Assembly: GCF_036588685.1 (NCBI RefSeq) | Contig: NC_086382.1 | Location: 6,386,001 to 6,450,000, forward strand | Direction of reading: 5' to 3' | DNA: 64,000 bases | Origin: Mytilus trossulus | Lineage: Eukaryota | Notes under the pieces: generated by a model | Told to the model about the DNA's origin: nothing | The model's input: the letters and a program-made list of their open reading frames with translations, nothing else | Database searches by the model: none | In this document: positions 12,019 to 23,094 of the stretch, piece after piece | Position numbering within the stretch: position 1 is the first letter of the stretch | How the letters are laid out: each line of letters begins with the position of its first letter | Program-made: the position numbers and the translations under genes

Positions 12019-12315
12019 GGGAGTTCGCTTCTCAGTTTCAAAATAAATAACTTTTCAAAACACAAGTCTATATTGATAGGGGATAAATAAAGGAATCTAA
12101 TAAGCATATTCGCCATTGAAATGTTGGCGGGAAAATATTCTCTCTTGACTTTAAATAGCTTTATCATTGACAAAATTAATTTCTCAAAAACGTAAAAGAT
12201 TTGCAAAAAGAAAAATGGGGGTAACCGGGCAATTTTTTTCAAGGCATTCAAATAGATAAAACCAGAGAATTTCGAAAATCTGACAAAAAATCCAAAACAT
12301 GACAAGCCAGCTTCC
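12019..12315. mobile_element. Small non-autonomous DNA transposon, Kolobok-like
   Basis: TTAA on both sides; imperfect TIR GGGAGTTCGCTT / AAGCCAGCTTCC. Confidence 0.5.
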
Positions 12316-13637
12316 TTAAGCATTGTTAAGTTCCGTCGTGAATGTACTTTTTTGGAAACTTTAACGAAAATTTCACATCAATTAATATGTCCATGTATTT
12401 ATAAATCTCAACGAGACTAAACTGTTAACAGAATAAAATTTGTCAGTTTCAACGTTTCGCAAAAAATATTTTTTTCTAATAAAAAAATTCATTCTTTTTA
12501 CAGATATATATATTTTTACATGTACTAATAACGACAATAGACCGGACGGTTACCTTTTCGGTGGATAGATGTCTCACTAGCAATCATACCTCATGTCCTT
12601 ATTTCTATACTTTTTTAATCGCCGATATTTGTTTAAGTATTTGAGGATGGCATATAGCATATAAACAATATCATTCTAAACAATGAAATTATATGCACTG
12701 CAATTTAGACATTAGATATGTAGTATGTAAGCAAAACGAAACATACACAACAAAATGATGAACACATTATGATTAAATTTATATTATGTTGACATTAACT
12801 CAAGCGCAAAAAACCCACACATTTAACTATAATTAAGGTATATTGCAAATAACATACGATTTTTTTTAAATAGGCTTTAACCTTTTTGGCATATCAATCA
12901 AAATTCTTGCTACTCAAATCGATAATTTAAATATAAAATATACATGTCTTTGTTACCTTTGTTATTCATAGGATTTAAAAATTTCTTTCACTCTCATTAA
13001 AAAACCAGTTTAACGTATAATGTAAAGATCTGATACCATTACGGAATGTATAAATATGTTTTAAAATTAACTGTAAAACATAAACGTCGTCTAAAAGGGA
13101 ATAGAGTGTATCTTCCAGTGATATACAAGACGGAGAACCTTTCAATTTTGAGTAAATTTCCAGTATATTATAAGGTAAATAATAATAAGAGTTGTATTTT
13201 CTTTAAGACTTAATTTCGTGGTTTTAACAAATTCCGCATAAAAGCCTATAAAAGCTTGTTTTTCGTCCATAGGTGAAAAGCATGCATCACCTATATCTTA
13301 AATTATCCCCGGTTTATGTTGGTGTTAATGTTGCTCAGTCGTTAAATTTCTATGTAGCTTTTTGTGCCTTTTTTAATCGTTTTTCGATTGCACTGTATGT
13401 GTGTTTCCAACCTATGAGTTTGAATATTTTTCTGTTATGACCCCGTTATATTTATCAAATAGGTAATTGTCAAAACAGTATATTTAATAAGGGAAGTCTA
13501 AAAAAACTGATAAAATTAAACGTTAAACTATGCCAACCAACGAATCGAATTGAAAACTAAATATCATATTTCTGTCTTGGTACAGACATTTTACGAAACA
13601 AAATGATTGTTTAAACCTGGTATTATATTTACTCTAA

Positions 13638-13841
13638 GAGAGGGACGGAAGATACCAATGGGATAGTCAAACTCATAAATCTTAAACAAACTGACAACGC
13701 CATGGCTAAAAATGAAAAAGACAAACAGAAAAACAATAGTACACATGACACAACATAGAAAACTAAAGAATAAACAACACGAACCTCTCCAGAAACTAGG
13801 GGTGATCTCAGGTGCTCCGGTGATCTCAGGTGCTCCGGAAC
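13638..13841. repeat. Dispersed SINE-like repeat (other copies near 25341-25562 and 51334-51470; inverted and decayed near 2930, 25630, 29392, 49165)
   Basis: Shared AGAGGGACG.AAGATACCA..GGGA.AGTCAAACTCA...GGTGATCTCAGGTGCTCCGGAA. Confidence 0.7.
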
Positions 13842-15033
13842 CTCGTTCTTCAAAGGTTTTTATAGTTCCGTTAGATTGACAAAATTTTGTGCTCAAATAA
13901 ACTATTGACACTTGATAAGATACGTACAACAGAACAACGTAAATCAAAAACATTTAAATTTGCATGAATTCCAATTGAAAAGACACAAGATACAGCTATT
14001 CTTACATACATATGGGGGCGGGAAGCGGAACTCAGGGAATGGGGAACGAGGGATGAAATGAGTAAAAACAGTAATATTTGATTGATTGTAGTCTCTGGGA
14101 GTATGTTAGGTATTGAGAGTAGAGAAGGAGAGAAGTGGGAGAAGAAGTGGTATTGAGAATAGAGGGGGAGAGAAGGGGAAATTGTCTACCCCTCAATAAA
14201 TATGGGATTGGAATCAATCGATTTTTGGTGTGTATGACAAAATTAAAAAGTCTTAATATGTTCCCTCCTATGTATCTCTTAAATTCATCTACACGTTTAA
14301 ATATGTTTTATGGAGCCAAGGTCAAGAGAATGTGTAAAAAACACATGGAACAACTTCGGTGAACATTATTCTGGAGCACGTGATATCTTACATGTCTGTT
14401 TTTATCTAATACTGTAAATAAGTGCTAGTCGAAAGTAAAATCACGATAATAACGAACTCCGAGGAAAATTCTAACGAACATATAATTTGATACGCCAGAC
14501 ACCAGACACGCGTTTCATCTACATAAGACTCAAAAGTGAAGCCTAGATCAAAATAGTTAGAAAAACCAAACAAGTATAAGGTTTAAGAGCATTAAGAACC
14601 CATGAACAGCAACTTATGAATATTCTAAGAAGAAATGCAACACTCGAAGAGAGTGTTTAAATACTTGTCCTATTGGGATCACACAACTATCACTATAATT
14701 GAAATGTTGATTCATATTTTGTTTTCCTCGAGACGTAAAGCTTTAATTAGAAAAAGACATATTTAGCACTATCGAACATACACAGATGCTACGTATATTG
14801 TTAATATGTCTATCTGGAAAGATCAAAGCTTATGATGATTGTTTTAATTAGTTAACTAGTCTTCATATACAAGAACATTTTCAACAACAAGTAAAGGTGT
14901 TTTTAATTTTTTAGATGAAGTAAAATCAACTTATGTAAAGAATCAAGTTATGAGTCATTCCATTTCATTGGACTATAGAAAAATATCAGATCATCATAGA
15001 GGATATTAAAAATTAGCTACTGAACGTGTTGCA

Positions 15034-17379
15034 ATGTCATCAGTCACTTACATAGTAGACAGAAATAGCAGGGTTCATGCTGCACAAGTTAGCAATTTTA
15101 AATATTTCATTTCCGGGACTCTTTGTAGCATTGTACCATTTTTGGTATATCACAGTTCCAATACCATACTAGACCCTTATTTTGCAATAGTTGTTTGTCA
15201 AATCACATCAGTTTTTGTTTCAATGTTGGTACCAATGCAAATGAGATTCATATTTCGTTATATGATACCAATTATAATTGTTCCATTTGAATTTGAATAC
15301 TTACAAAGTGGATTACATCTAAAAACGTCAGTTGTCGGCAAAAGCTGCCAGCGGTACGGAGATCTTACACTTTTGCTGTTGCCAGCGTATTACATAGTGG
15401 ATGGATTCTATGTACGACTTGCTTTCGGAAATTTTGTGATTTTATTCAAAAAATGGTCGTTTCAATATAGGCACATACGAATTATTGGATATATCGCCTT
15501 GTGTCTTGTAAACGCAGTTACTCTAACTTACGTTATCTATATAGTTATCATTTACGTTTTCTATGGATGGTTATATTTTCTTGTGCGTTCTGACATTGAC
15601 AATTCTTCAATATCTGTAGAGGTAACGGATGTTTTTAGGTACAAAGATTATGCTTTGAAACCTCTGCAACCTTTTGAAAGAACAATTACCTGGGAAATAA
15701 ACCGCCACAATAGCAGTCATTCTTGGTCATATACAGGATATGATGCAAAATTTGATGATGATAAACTGCCAGTATGTAGAGGGATTTATTATAGAGTTGA
15801 GGGTGAAGATGTTGACATAACCTGTAATATTAATAACACGTATGGGATGGTTGAAGTAAATGAAAGCAACGAAACCAACTGCATGAGTTTTAATGTCTTT
15901 GACCATTTCCAATGGTACATAGGGAAAGGCTTGAGGGTCGGTTCATTGAAAGTATTAGCTACAACTGAACCAAATTATTTATCTATACTTACACTGCGAT
16001 TAACTGACTTAGTAGCTGAAAACTTCAAACAGGAAATAACTTTGTGGGGATCATTCAACCAAGAAGGAACATTAAAAGTCAAATTCGGATCATTCTTTAT
16101 ATACAGACAGAAACAAATATTTAAGTATGTCCATGTACCTCCAGGGCATATTGTATCATATATTGCATTGCCATTTTACAGTTTTTCCGATATTGATGTA
16201 CATGCGATAACCTATGACAGTATTCTTTTTTCGAAATATGCTCGAAATACTACCGGTGATACAAATGCCGTATATTTTGGCACTGATAAGGGTTGCGGAC
16301 CGATGATTAGTGTGCTGTTTGATTTGAGTAAGGTTGGGAATATATTCAATAAAAAACCGCTTTTATTGCACAGGATGTTAAATTCTATCCTCATTTCTTC
16401 TACTTTAACTGAAACTGGGAAACAAACAGTAAGTTCATACCAATGCGTTAGCGAACATAGTTATGGCAAACATACTTTCAGCATTATGACGTTCCGCTAT
16501 AACACTTTAAATAATATGTCGTATATGTCTGAGATTAAATTACCAAATACGTTTTTCGTCCTACCAAGGGGACTCACGCATTTTGCGCCGAACAAGTATA
16601 AAGAATTGCAAAATGACGTCAGAAAAGCAATAAATGAAGGAAAAAATGATTGGAGGGATCCTTGGAGATATTTTGTCGATGATCTACGTTTTGAATATTT
16701 CATTTCTTTCCATGTGCAAAAAGTCATTTTAATGATGATTTTGATTGAAAGTACCATCATTATAGGGATTTTTATCAAAGTTTACTGCAAAGTGTGTGTC
16801 CACCATTTAGCTAAAATGATATTAAAACCAAAATCTCCATTTGCCATACGCGATGAATTGCGTATTACTCAGACAAATATTGGGAACTTTGTCATTGATG
16901 ACAACATAACACATGACATTATGATAATCACTGCTAGAGATAGTGAAAATGATTATGCATTTGCAGTACAGAATCTTATTCCTTTCTTCGAGGATCTGAG
17001 ACTCTCCGTCCTATTTCCACAAACGGATATTCACTGTGGACAATCAAATATTAATGGTTATTCTCAAGCAGTGTTTTCGTCATTAATATATGTGGTTGTT
17101 GGAACTATAGATTTCGAAAATGACCCATGGAGCAATGGTTTTATTTTTTCCGATTTAATTCTATCCCAAATGTATGAGCAACAACAAAACCAGCATAGAA
17201 TCCTGTTGATAAAGTTTAGTGATGTGAACATCCCATACGCACTCACATGGAATGAACACGTTACAATAGCTAATTGGTCTATCAGACAAAGTGATGATGA
17301 CAATTACAGAACATTGAGAAACAAATTTAAATCCATGATTGAAGCACATCATTATGGCATCCTTAATGGAGTTGGGTAA
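15034..17379 (+). CDS. Intronless membrane protein with N-terminal hydrophobic segments, Ig-like ectodomain, TM helix and C-terminal TIR-like domain (IL-1R/TLR-related)
   Basis: 781-aa ORF in AT-rich DNA; EGEDVDITC...WY..LTLRLTDL Ig-like pattern; TM VILMMILIESTIIIGIFIKVYC; TIR-like boxes HDIMI, LFPQTDIHCG, SSLIYVVV...DPW, NYRTLR from 16912. Confidence 0.8.
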   Translation: MSSVTYIVDRNSRVHAAQVSNFKYFISGTLCSIVPFLVYHSSNTILDPYFAIVVCQITSVFVSMLVPMQMRFIFRYMIPIIIVPFEFEYLQSGLHLKTSVVGKSCQRYGDLTLLLLPAYYIVDGFYVRLAFGNFVILFKKWSFQYRHIRIIGYIALCLVNAVTLTYVIYIVIIYVFYGWLYFLVRSDIDNSSISVEVTDVFRYKDYALKPLQPFERTITWEINRHNSSHSWSYTGYDAKFDDDKLPVCRGIYYRVEGEDVDITCNINNTYGMVEVNESNETNCMSFNVFDHFQWYIGKGLRVGSLKVLATTEPNYLSILTLRLTDLVAENFKQEITLWGSFNQEGTLKVKFGSFFIYRQKQIFKYVHVPPGHIVSYIALPFYSFSDIDVHAITYDSILFSKYARNTTGDTNAVYFGTDKGCGPMISVLFDLSKVGNIFNKKPLLLHRMLNSILISSTLTETGKQTVSSYQCVSEHSYGKHTFSIMTFRYNTLNNMSYMSEIKLPNTFFVLPRGLTHFAPNKYKELQNDVRKAINEGKNDWRDPWRYFVDDLRFEYFISFHVQKVILMMILIESTIIIGIFIKVYCKVCVHHLAKMILKPKSPFAIRDELRITQTNIGNFVIDDNITHDIMIITARDSENDYAFAVQNLIPFFEDLRLSVLFPQTDIHCGQSNINGYSQAVFSSLIYVVVGTIDFENDPWSNGFIFSDLILSQMYEQQQNQHRILLIKFSDVNIPYALTWNEHVTIANWSIRQSDDDNYRTLRNKFKSMIEAHHYGILNGVG

Positions 17380-19222
17380 CATATTGTTATTCTACGTTTC
17401 TTATTAATTTAATTTTCCACTTTTTTTTCTAACTGATATCAACCAATTTTAATGTAGGTATATCATAATGTTAAACAGCATGTGCAGATTTACATACAGG
17501 TATATGATTTTCAAGATGGCTACCGTTACCATGGAAACTGTAACGATACGAAAAAATCTACATTATCAATAATCTTTCATGATAAGACCTAACTAAATCA
17601 AACTTTATGGAATTATTCCTGGGCAAGCATATATTAAAATTTGTAATTTGTAGACTATATAAATATATAAATACAACAGGCTATCATTTCAACTTGGATT
17701 TTTGTGTATTTATGGAATTTGCATAATTTCTTGCTTGAAATTTTTAATAAATTCTATGTTTAATTTGTATTATAATGTGTTGAGCGGTGCATAACACTTT
17801 CCATACATGATATTTTTCATAGATAGTGTTGTGCGCGGCACAGTACATTCTATTGAAAATGTTCTGTTTTTTTGTAATAGGTAGTGTTATGCGCAGCACA
17901 GAACATCATAATAATCATGGAATTTATTAAAATTTCAAGCACAAGAAATTGTGCAAATTCCGTAATTAAAGATAATTCCAAGTTGAAAGAATAGCCTGTT
18001 ATAAAACGGCTTGATATAAGTAAACAGTCTTTCTAACGAGGGCGCTGGATCGTTACGAGTAACCAAAATGTTCCAAACTTGATAAATTACAAAAATGTTA
18101 ATTGGGATGTGTAGATGCGCTGTTTCAATTTTGGAAATATCCAAAATTGCTGCTGTTACCCTAGCAATTAGAAGACGAGTACGCCATCCGCAACTACTAA
18201 CATTGCAAATATGTGTATGTTCGTGTTGCTTTTGTTCAGACTTGCATTTGTTCATCTCGTGACAGCTTTGTTATGATTCGGAACATGTAGCTGAGAAAAA
18301 GAAAACTATCATGACCTTTTTGACCCTATATATTTATAAAATAAAATTTATAATATAGTCCTTATACTGTTAAAAGTCAGTATTTTCGAAAAGTGTCATT
18401 AACGTAACTGATGACATGATATATAGAAATAAGAAGAAGTGGTATGAGTTTCAATGAGACAACTCGCCATCGAAGTCACAAGTGTAAAAGGCAACTAACT
18501 ATAGGTCCTTATACGGCCTTGGGCTTTGCTCATTGTTGAAGGCCGAACGGTGACCTATAGTTGTTAATGTTTGTGTCATTTTGGTATTTTGTGGATAGTT
18601 GTCTCATTGGCAATCATACCACATCTTCTTTTTATATGTGTAGCAAGCTATAAAGGCCCCAACAAAGACTCAGAACACGCAGAAATATCAACGGTATGTA
18701 CGTAAAGCAATGTAAACAAAGAAAAACCAATCGACATAAATGATGACAGAGGAATAAATGGAAAAAAACAAATATGACAAACAGCAGCCAGACACGCCTC
18801 CTGACTTTAGACAGACACACATATACTTCTTGTATGGCGGAATACAATATCCTCAAACCTTGACAGTACAAATAAAGACGAACTGTATTAACTAATTGGA
18901 TTTCAGATCGAAATGAAGCACGAGAAGAAAAAGTAACAAAAAAGAAAAGACACAAGTACCTTACACAAACAGAAATCAGGCTAAAATACCAATCAATTTA
19001 GATCCAAAGATTATGATAGTTTCTGTGTGTGTTACATTTTTGTGTTATGTCGTTGTTCTCCTCTTATATTTAATGCGTTTCCCTCGGTTTTAGTTTATTA
19101 CCCCGATTTTGTTTTTTGTCCATGGATTTATGAGTTTTGAACAGCGGTATACTACTGTTGCCTTTATTTAATAACATAGAAATCAGCAAAATGTCCGCTT
19201 TAAAATCAAGTAATTCTCATCG

Positions 19223-19343
19223 CAATCTCCGGCGCAGAGCTCATATCCGTTCCGTACTTACTACGTATCACTACACTAAATAAAGTCATTGTATTGTAGT
19301 GTACTAAGTATACGGAAAGGAAACGAGCGCTGTACGGAGATTG
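19223..19343. mobile_element. 121-bp hairpin MITE with 9-bp TSD (Mutator-like)
   Basis: TIR CAATCTCCG / CGGAGATTG; TTCTCATCG duplicated at 19214-19222 and 19344-19352. Confidence 0.85.
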
Positions 19344-19562
19344 TTCTCATCGGTGAAACAATACTACAACAAAAAATGTAAAATAACCAATAAGAGTCTT
19401 ATATATACATCACACTCAAATGGAAGGAAATTATGTAATATTTAAACCATCCATAAGATTAAAGAAAAGGAATGCATTACAGTTTAAAATATATATATAT
19501 TCTATCTAACAAAAAACTACATGTTCTAAAGACATATTGATTCTTCCATTCCGAGGAAACTT

Positions 19563-19672
19563 CTACACACAATGACCAAATAGGCACCATTTCCCTGTGC
19601 TCGATGTTGATGGACATTTTATTTTTTTATTTACTGTGGCACATTTTGGATCACTCAGTGGTTCACAAATAC
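19563..19672 (-). CDS. Temptin-like gene 2, exon 3 (total about 147 aa)
   Basis: TTTTAG acceptor, phase 1: (G)ICEPLSDPKCATVNKKIKCPSTSSTGKWCLFGHCV*; homologous to the GICEP exons of genes 3 and 4. Confidence 0.85.
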
Positions 19673-20039
19673 CTAAAATAAAAAAAGTATATAATAAATT
19701 TGAAAAAAGTGAATTATTGATATAATTCATATTGCATTATTATGCAACGCCGATGTTATTTTATTTACCTTTTATTGCATACAGCCTTTCATTCTTATTA
19801 AAACACCTATCAATGTAACAAGTATTCATATGTAATCACTACAAAAAAGTTTCTGGACTGTTAGTCCATGGAAGTATTATGTCAATATAATGTTTCCATG
19901 GTTAGTCCAATCGGTTTTTATCAAGCCAATAATCAGTAAATGATTTATAACATTCCGGTCTTTGAATCTCTGTTGATCAAGTTAGAAATTATTTATGAAC
20001 CGAGACTCCATCTCCTTTTAATTTATAAAAAAAAAAACA

Positions 20040-20320
20040 CACAAGAATGTGTCCTAAGTACACGGATGTCCCATCTGGACTATCATTTTCTAATTCAGTG
20101 GACCATGAAAATGGGATAAAATCTCTAATTTGACATTTAAATTGGAAAGATCATATCATAGGGAACATGTTTTCTAAGTTTCAAATTGATTGGACTTCCA
20201 CTTCATCAAAAACTACCTCGACCAAAAACTTTAACCTGCAGCGGGACGAACGGACGGACGGTACAACGTATAGACGGACGCATAGATCAGAAAACATAAT
20301 GCCCATAATTGGGGCTTAAA
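20040..20320 (+). mobile_element. Helentron-associated (HINE-like) non-autonomous element
   Basis: ACAAGAATGTGTCC start, (CGGA)n microsatellite, 3' short palindrome GCCCATAATTGGGGC. Confidence 0.55.
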
Positions 20321-20622
20321 CATACCATAGATGAACTACGCAAACGTTTTTCTCCGCTTATATTTGATGTGTTTCCCTCTATTTTAGTTTGTTACTAGGA
20401 TTTGTGTTTTTTTCAATCGATTTATGAATTTCGAACAGCGGTATACTACTGTTGCCTTTATCTATTTTTTTGGTGGTAATTAAATTATTCTTATGTTCAG
20501 GTAAATAAGGCAACAGAAGTATACCACTTTTCAAAAGTCATAAATCGTTTAAAAGAAACAAATTAATGTGTGTTACAAACTTAAAACAAAGGGAAACACA
20601 TCCACTGACATCTTACTTCAAT

Positions 20623-21098
20623 AATAGTTATCAAAGGTTCCAGGATTATAATTTAGTACGCCAGACGCGCGTTTCGTCTTCATAAGACTCATCAGTGACG
20701 CTCATATCAAAACATTTATAGAGCCAAATAAGTACAAAGTTGAAGAGCATTGAGGATACAAAATTCCAAAAAGTGGTGCCAAATACGGCTAAGGTAATCT
20801 ATGCCTGGGATAAGAAATCCTTAGTTTTTGATAAATTCAAAATTTTGTAAACAGGAAATTTATAAAAATGACCACATTATTGATATTCATGTCAACACCG
20901 AAGTGTTGACTACTGGGCTGGTGATACCCTCGGAGACGAAACGTCCACCAGCAGTGGCATCGACCCAGTGGTGTAAATAGTTATCAAAGGTTCCAGGATT
21001 ATAATTTAGTACGTCAGACGTGCGTTTCGTCTTCATACGACTCATCAGTGACGCTCATATCAAAATATTTTTAAAGTCAAATAAGTACAAAATTGAAG
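20623..21098 (-). mobile_element. Retrozyme-like family B tandem (353-bp period) in intron 2 of temptin gene 2, sense to the gene
   Basis: Two hammerheads at 20658-20701 and 21011-21054, both with CUGAUGA/GAAA/GUC intact. Confidence 0.88.
20658..20701 (-). ncRNA. Type I hammerhead ribozyme, family B
   Basis: RNA GCGUCA-CUGAUGA-GUC-UUAUGAA-GAC-GAAA-CGCGCG-UC-UGGCGU; helix III palindrome ACGCGCGU. Confidence 0.88.
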
Positions 21099-21191
21099 GA
21101 ATTGTTTCATTGCGAAGATATATTTGTTCCGCATAATACTTGATTCCCCAAGAACAAAACTATTGATAATTATAAACCAATTGCTCAGAAA

Positions 21192-22026
21192 AACAATTGA
21201 AGGTCTTTCCACCATATAAGATCTTTTTTTATATTAAAATATTAAAAATCAGTCTAAAATGTCCGTTCCTATGGATAAATGATGTATAAATATGAATTGA
21301 AAGCAAAGGTCAAAATCTAGAACGTCCTATTAACCAATGACCTTGACCCCATTTTCATGGACACAAAAGTTAAATCACTTTAAGCATAACTCTAAATATA
21401 AGATTGGCAAAAACTTCCATTTATTGTTTACGTAACATTTCAGCCAAAATTTATAAGTAACGACATGTCACAACTAACAATTTAGTCAAAATAATTTGTA
21501 GATATCTTATATGTATTTTGAAAATAAATGAAATAAGCCAAAATCTAAATTTATAATATGATCTTGACCTTTGACCCTGACCTTATTTTCATTTTTTTGG
21601 ACCAAGGACCTTAAACTAAAAGACCCTAGGTCTCTATCACTTATGGGTTACCAGTTAGAAATGCATATTACTAATATCAAATGCATAAGGGGAAATAACT
21701 CTCATATGAAGAGTGTATATCGCTTTAGTTAAAATAGGACAAATCATGTGAAGAATATAACAAATAAAATTGCCGTAAACTTTTACGGTTGCGAAGGAGT
21801 AGCGGACACAACGAAAACAGTGTTTGGGGAGATAACTCTTACAAAGAAAATTGTTCATCTTAGCAGGGTGAAATTTAAAAGCGTATAAACTATACGATAC
21901 TATTTTTAAAATATCTAAGCGACATATTGCAAAACAAAAATTTCAAAATGTGGCGGGAATTTTTTTTTAATAATAATCAGAAGAAAAACAATAGGTCTTT
22001 CCACAGAAAAGTGGAAAGACCTAATA
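21192..22026 (+). mobile_element. HINE-like element
   Basis: AGGTCTTTCCAC near both ends and 3' hairpin AGGTCTTTCCACAGAAAAGTGGAAAGACCT. Confidence 0.55.
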
Positions 22027-22248
22027 AATTAAAAGTTCCTTGGAACAAACATTACATAATATTATTTACACCTTAATAATAATATTATTCACACCTTAAT
22101 AATAATATTATTTACACCTTAATAAGATATTAATTTCCTGGAACTAAAACGTCATATGGTTTCATAAAATTTGTTCCTTTAATGAAAGAGTGTCGTTTGA
22201 TTTTTTACATCTGCTTACATGTTAGTTAATGTTCACCTGTAATCATAT

Positions 22249-22430
22249 TGTAACTGGAGAACATGATTCTACTTGCAAAATCGCATGTCTCCACCGGGAC
22301 TCGAACCCGGGACCTCTGTGTTATTAGGCAGCGCGCTAACCGATTGAACTAAAAAAGCACTTCCTTCGCTCAACCGTTTACGGCTGACTAAGTATCTACC
22401 ACATGTTCTAAGGAACGCAATCCCGTCACA
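22249..22430 (-). mobile_element. 182-bp solo LTR containing a tRNA-like sequence (Helenus-type TRIM)
   Basis: TG...CA termini with short inverted repeats, ATAT duplicated at 22245-22248 and 22431-22434. Confidence 0.75.
22286..22358 (-). pseudogene. tRNA-Ile(AAT)-like sequence inside the solo LTR; not a functional tRNA
   Basis: A box TAGTTCAATCGG, CTAATAA loop, T arm CCGGGTTCGAGTCCCGG intact; acceptor and anticodon stems defective. Confidence 0.75.
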
Positions 22431-22943
22431 ATATAGTAGATATTTCAAGAACTTAAATCATCTAATGACCATGATAACTATTCCTGGAACATTTATAATA
22501 AAGTCAATATTCAAATCTGATGTACAGTAGTTGTCGTTTGTTTATGTAATATATACGTGTTTCTCGTTTCTCGTTTTGTTTATATAGATTAGACCGTTGG
22601 TTTTCCCGTTTGAATGGTTTTACACTAGTAATTTTGGGGCCCTTTATAGCTTGTTGTTCGGGGTGAGCCAAGGCTCCGTGTTGAAGGTCGTAATTTAACC
22701 TATAATGGTTTACTTTTTAAATTGTTATTTGGATGGAGAGTTGTCTCATTTGCACTCACATCACATCTTCCTATATCTATGGAACTTTTATAATGTAACA
22801 AATATTCCTTATGTAATATTTTATCCACTGTGAAGGAAATAGCATTGGAAAGTTCCAACTAGATCTTTTGTTATATGCTTAAAGTTCTTTGGAACAAAAA
22901 TTATGTTTGGGACTTATATTCTGTCACACCCTGTCCTCCTTAC

Positions 22944-23094
22944 CTGGGTGACCAGATGCAGCGGCACTAGGAGTTCCACCTTTTTTCCATGTACAATCAG
23001 GGTCTCCAAGTTCTTCACCATTTGTACGACCATCTTGGTCTGAATCTTTTTGACACAAATCTTTTGTCCATTCAAATATAGCGCCCTTAAAGTC
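22944..23094 (-). CDS. Temptin-like gene 2, exon 2
   Basis: AG|DFKGAIFEWTKDLCQKDSDQDGRTNGEELGDPDCTWKKGGTPSAAASGHPG|GTAAG; 151 nt. Confidence 0.9.

Noticed and set aside
14014-14195. Purine-rich tract as promoter or G-quadruplex for the TIR gene
   Set aside because: No supporting motif or comparison; G-runs are irregular and it may be a repeat fragment
14480-14600. Additional active hammerheads here and near 28530 and 29270
   Set aside because: Recognisable retrozyme-like relics, but the CUGAUGA or GAAA cores are mutated
22286-22358. Functional tRNA-Ile gene
   Set aside because: Acceptor stem pairs poorly, anticodon stem is a base short, and it sits inside a TG...CA element with a TSD
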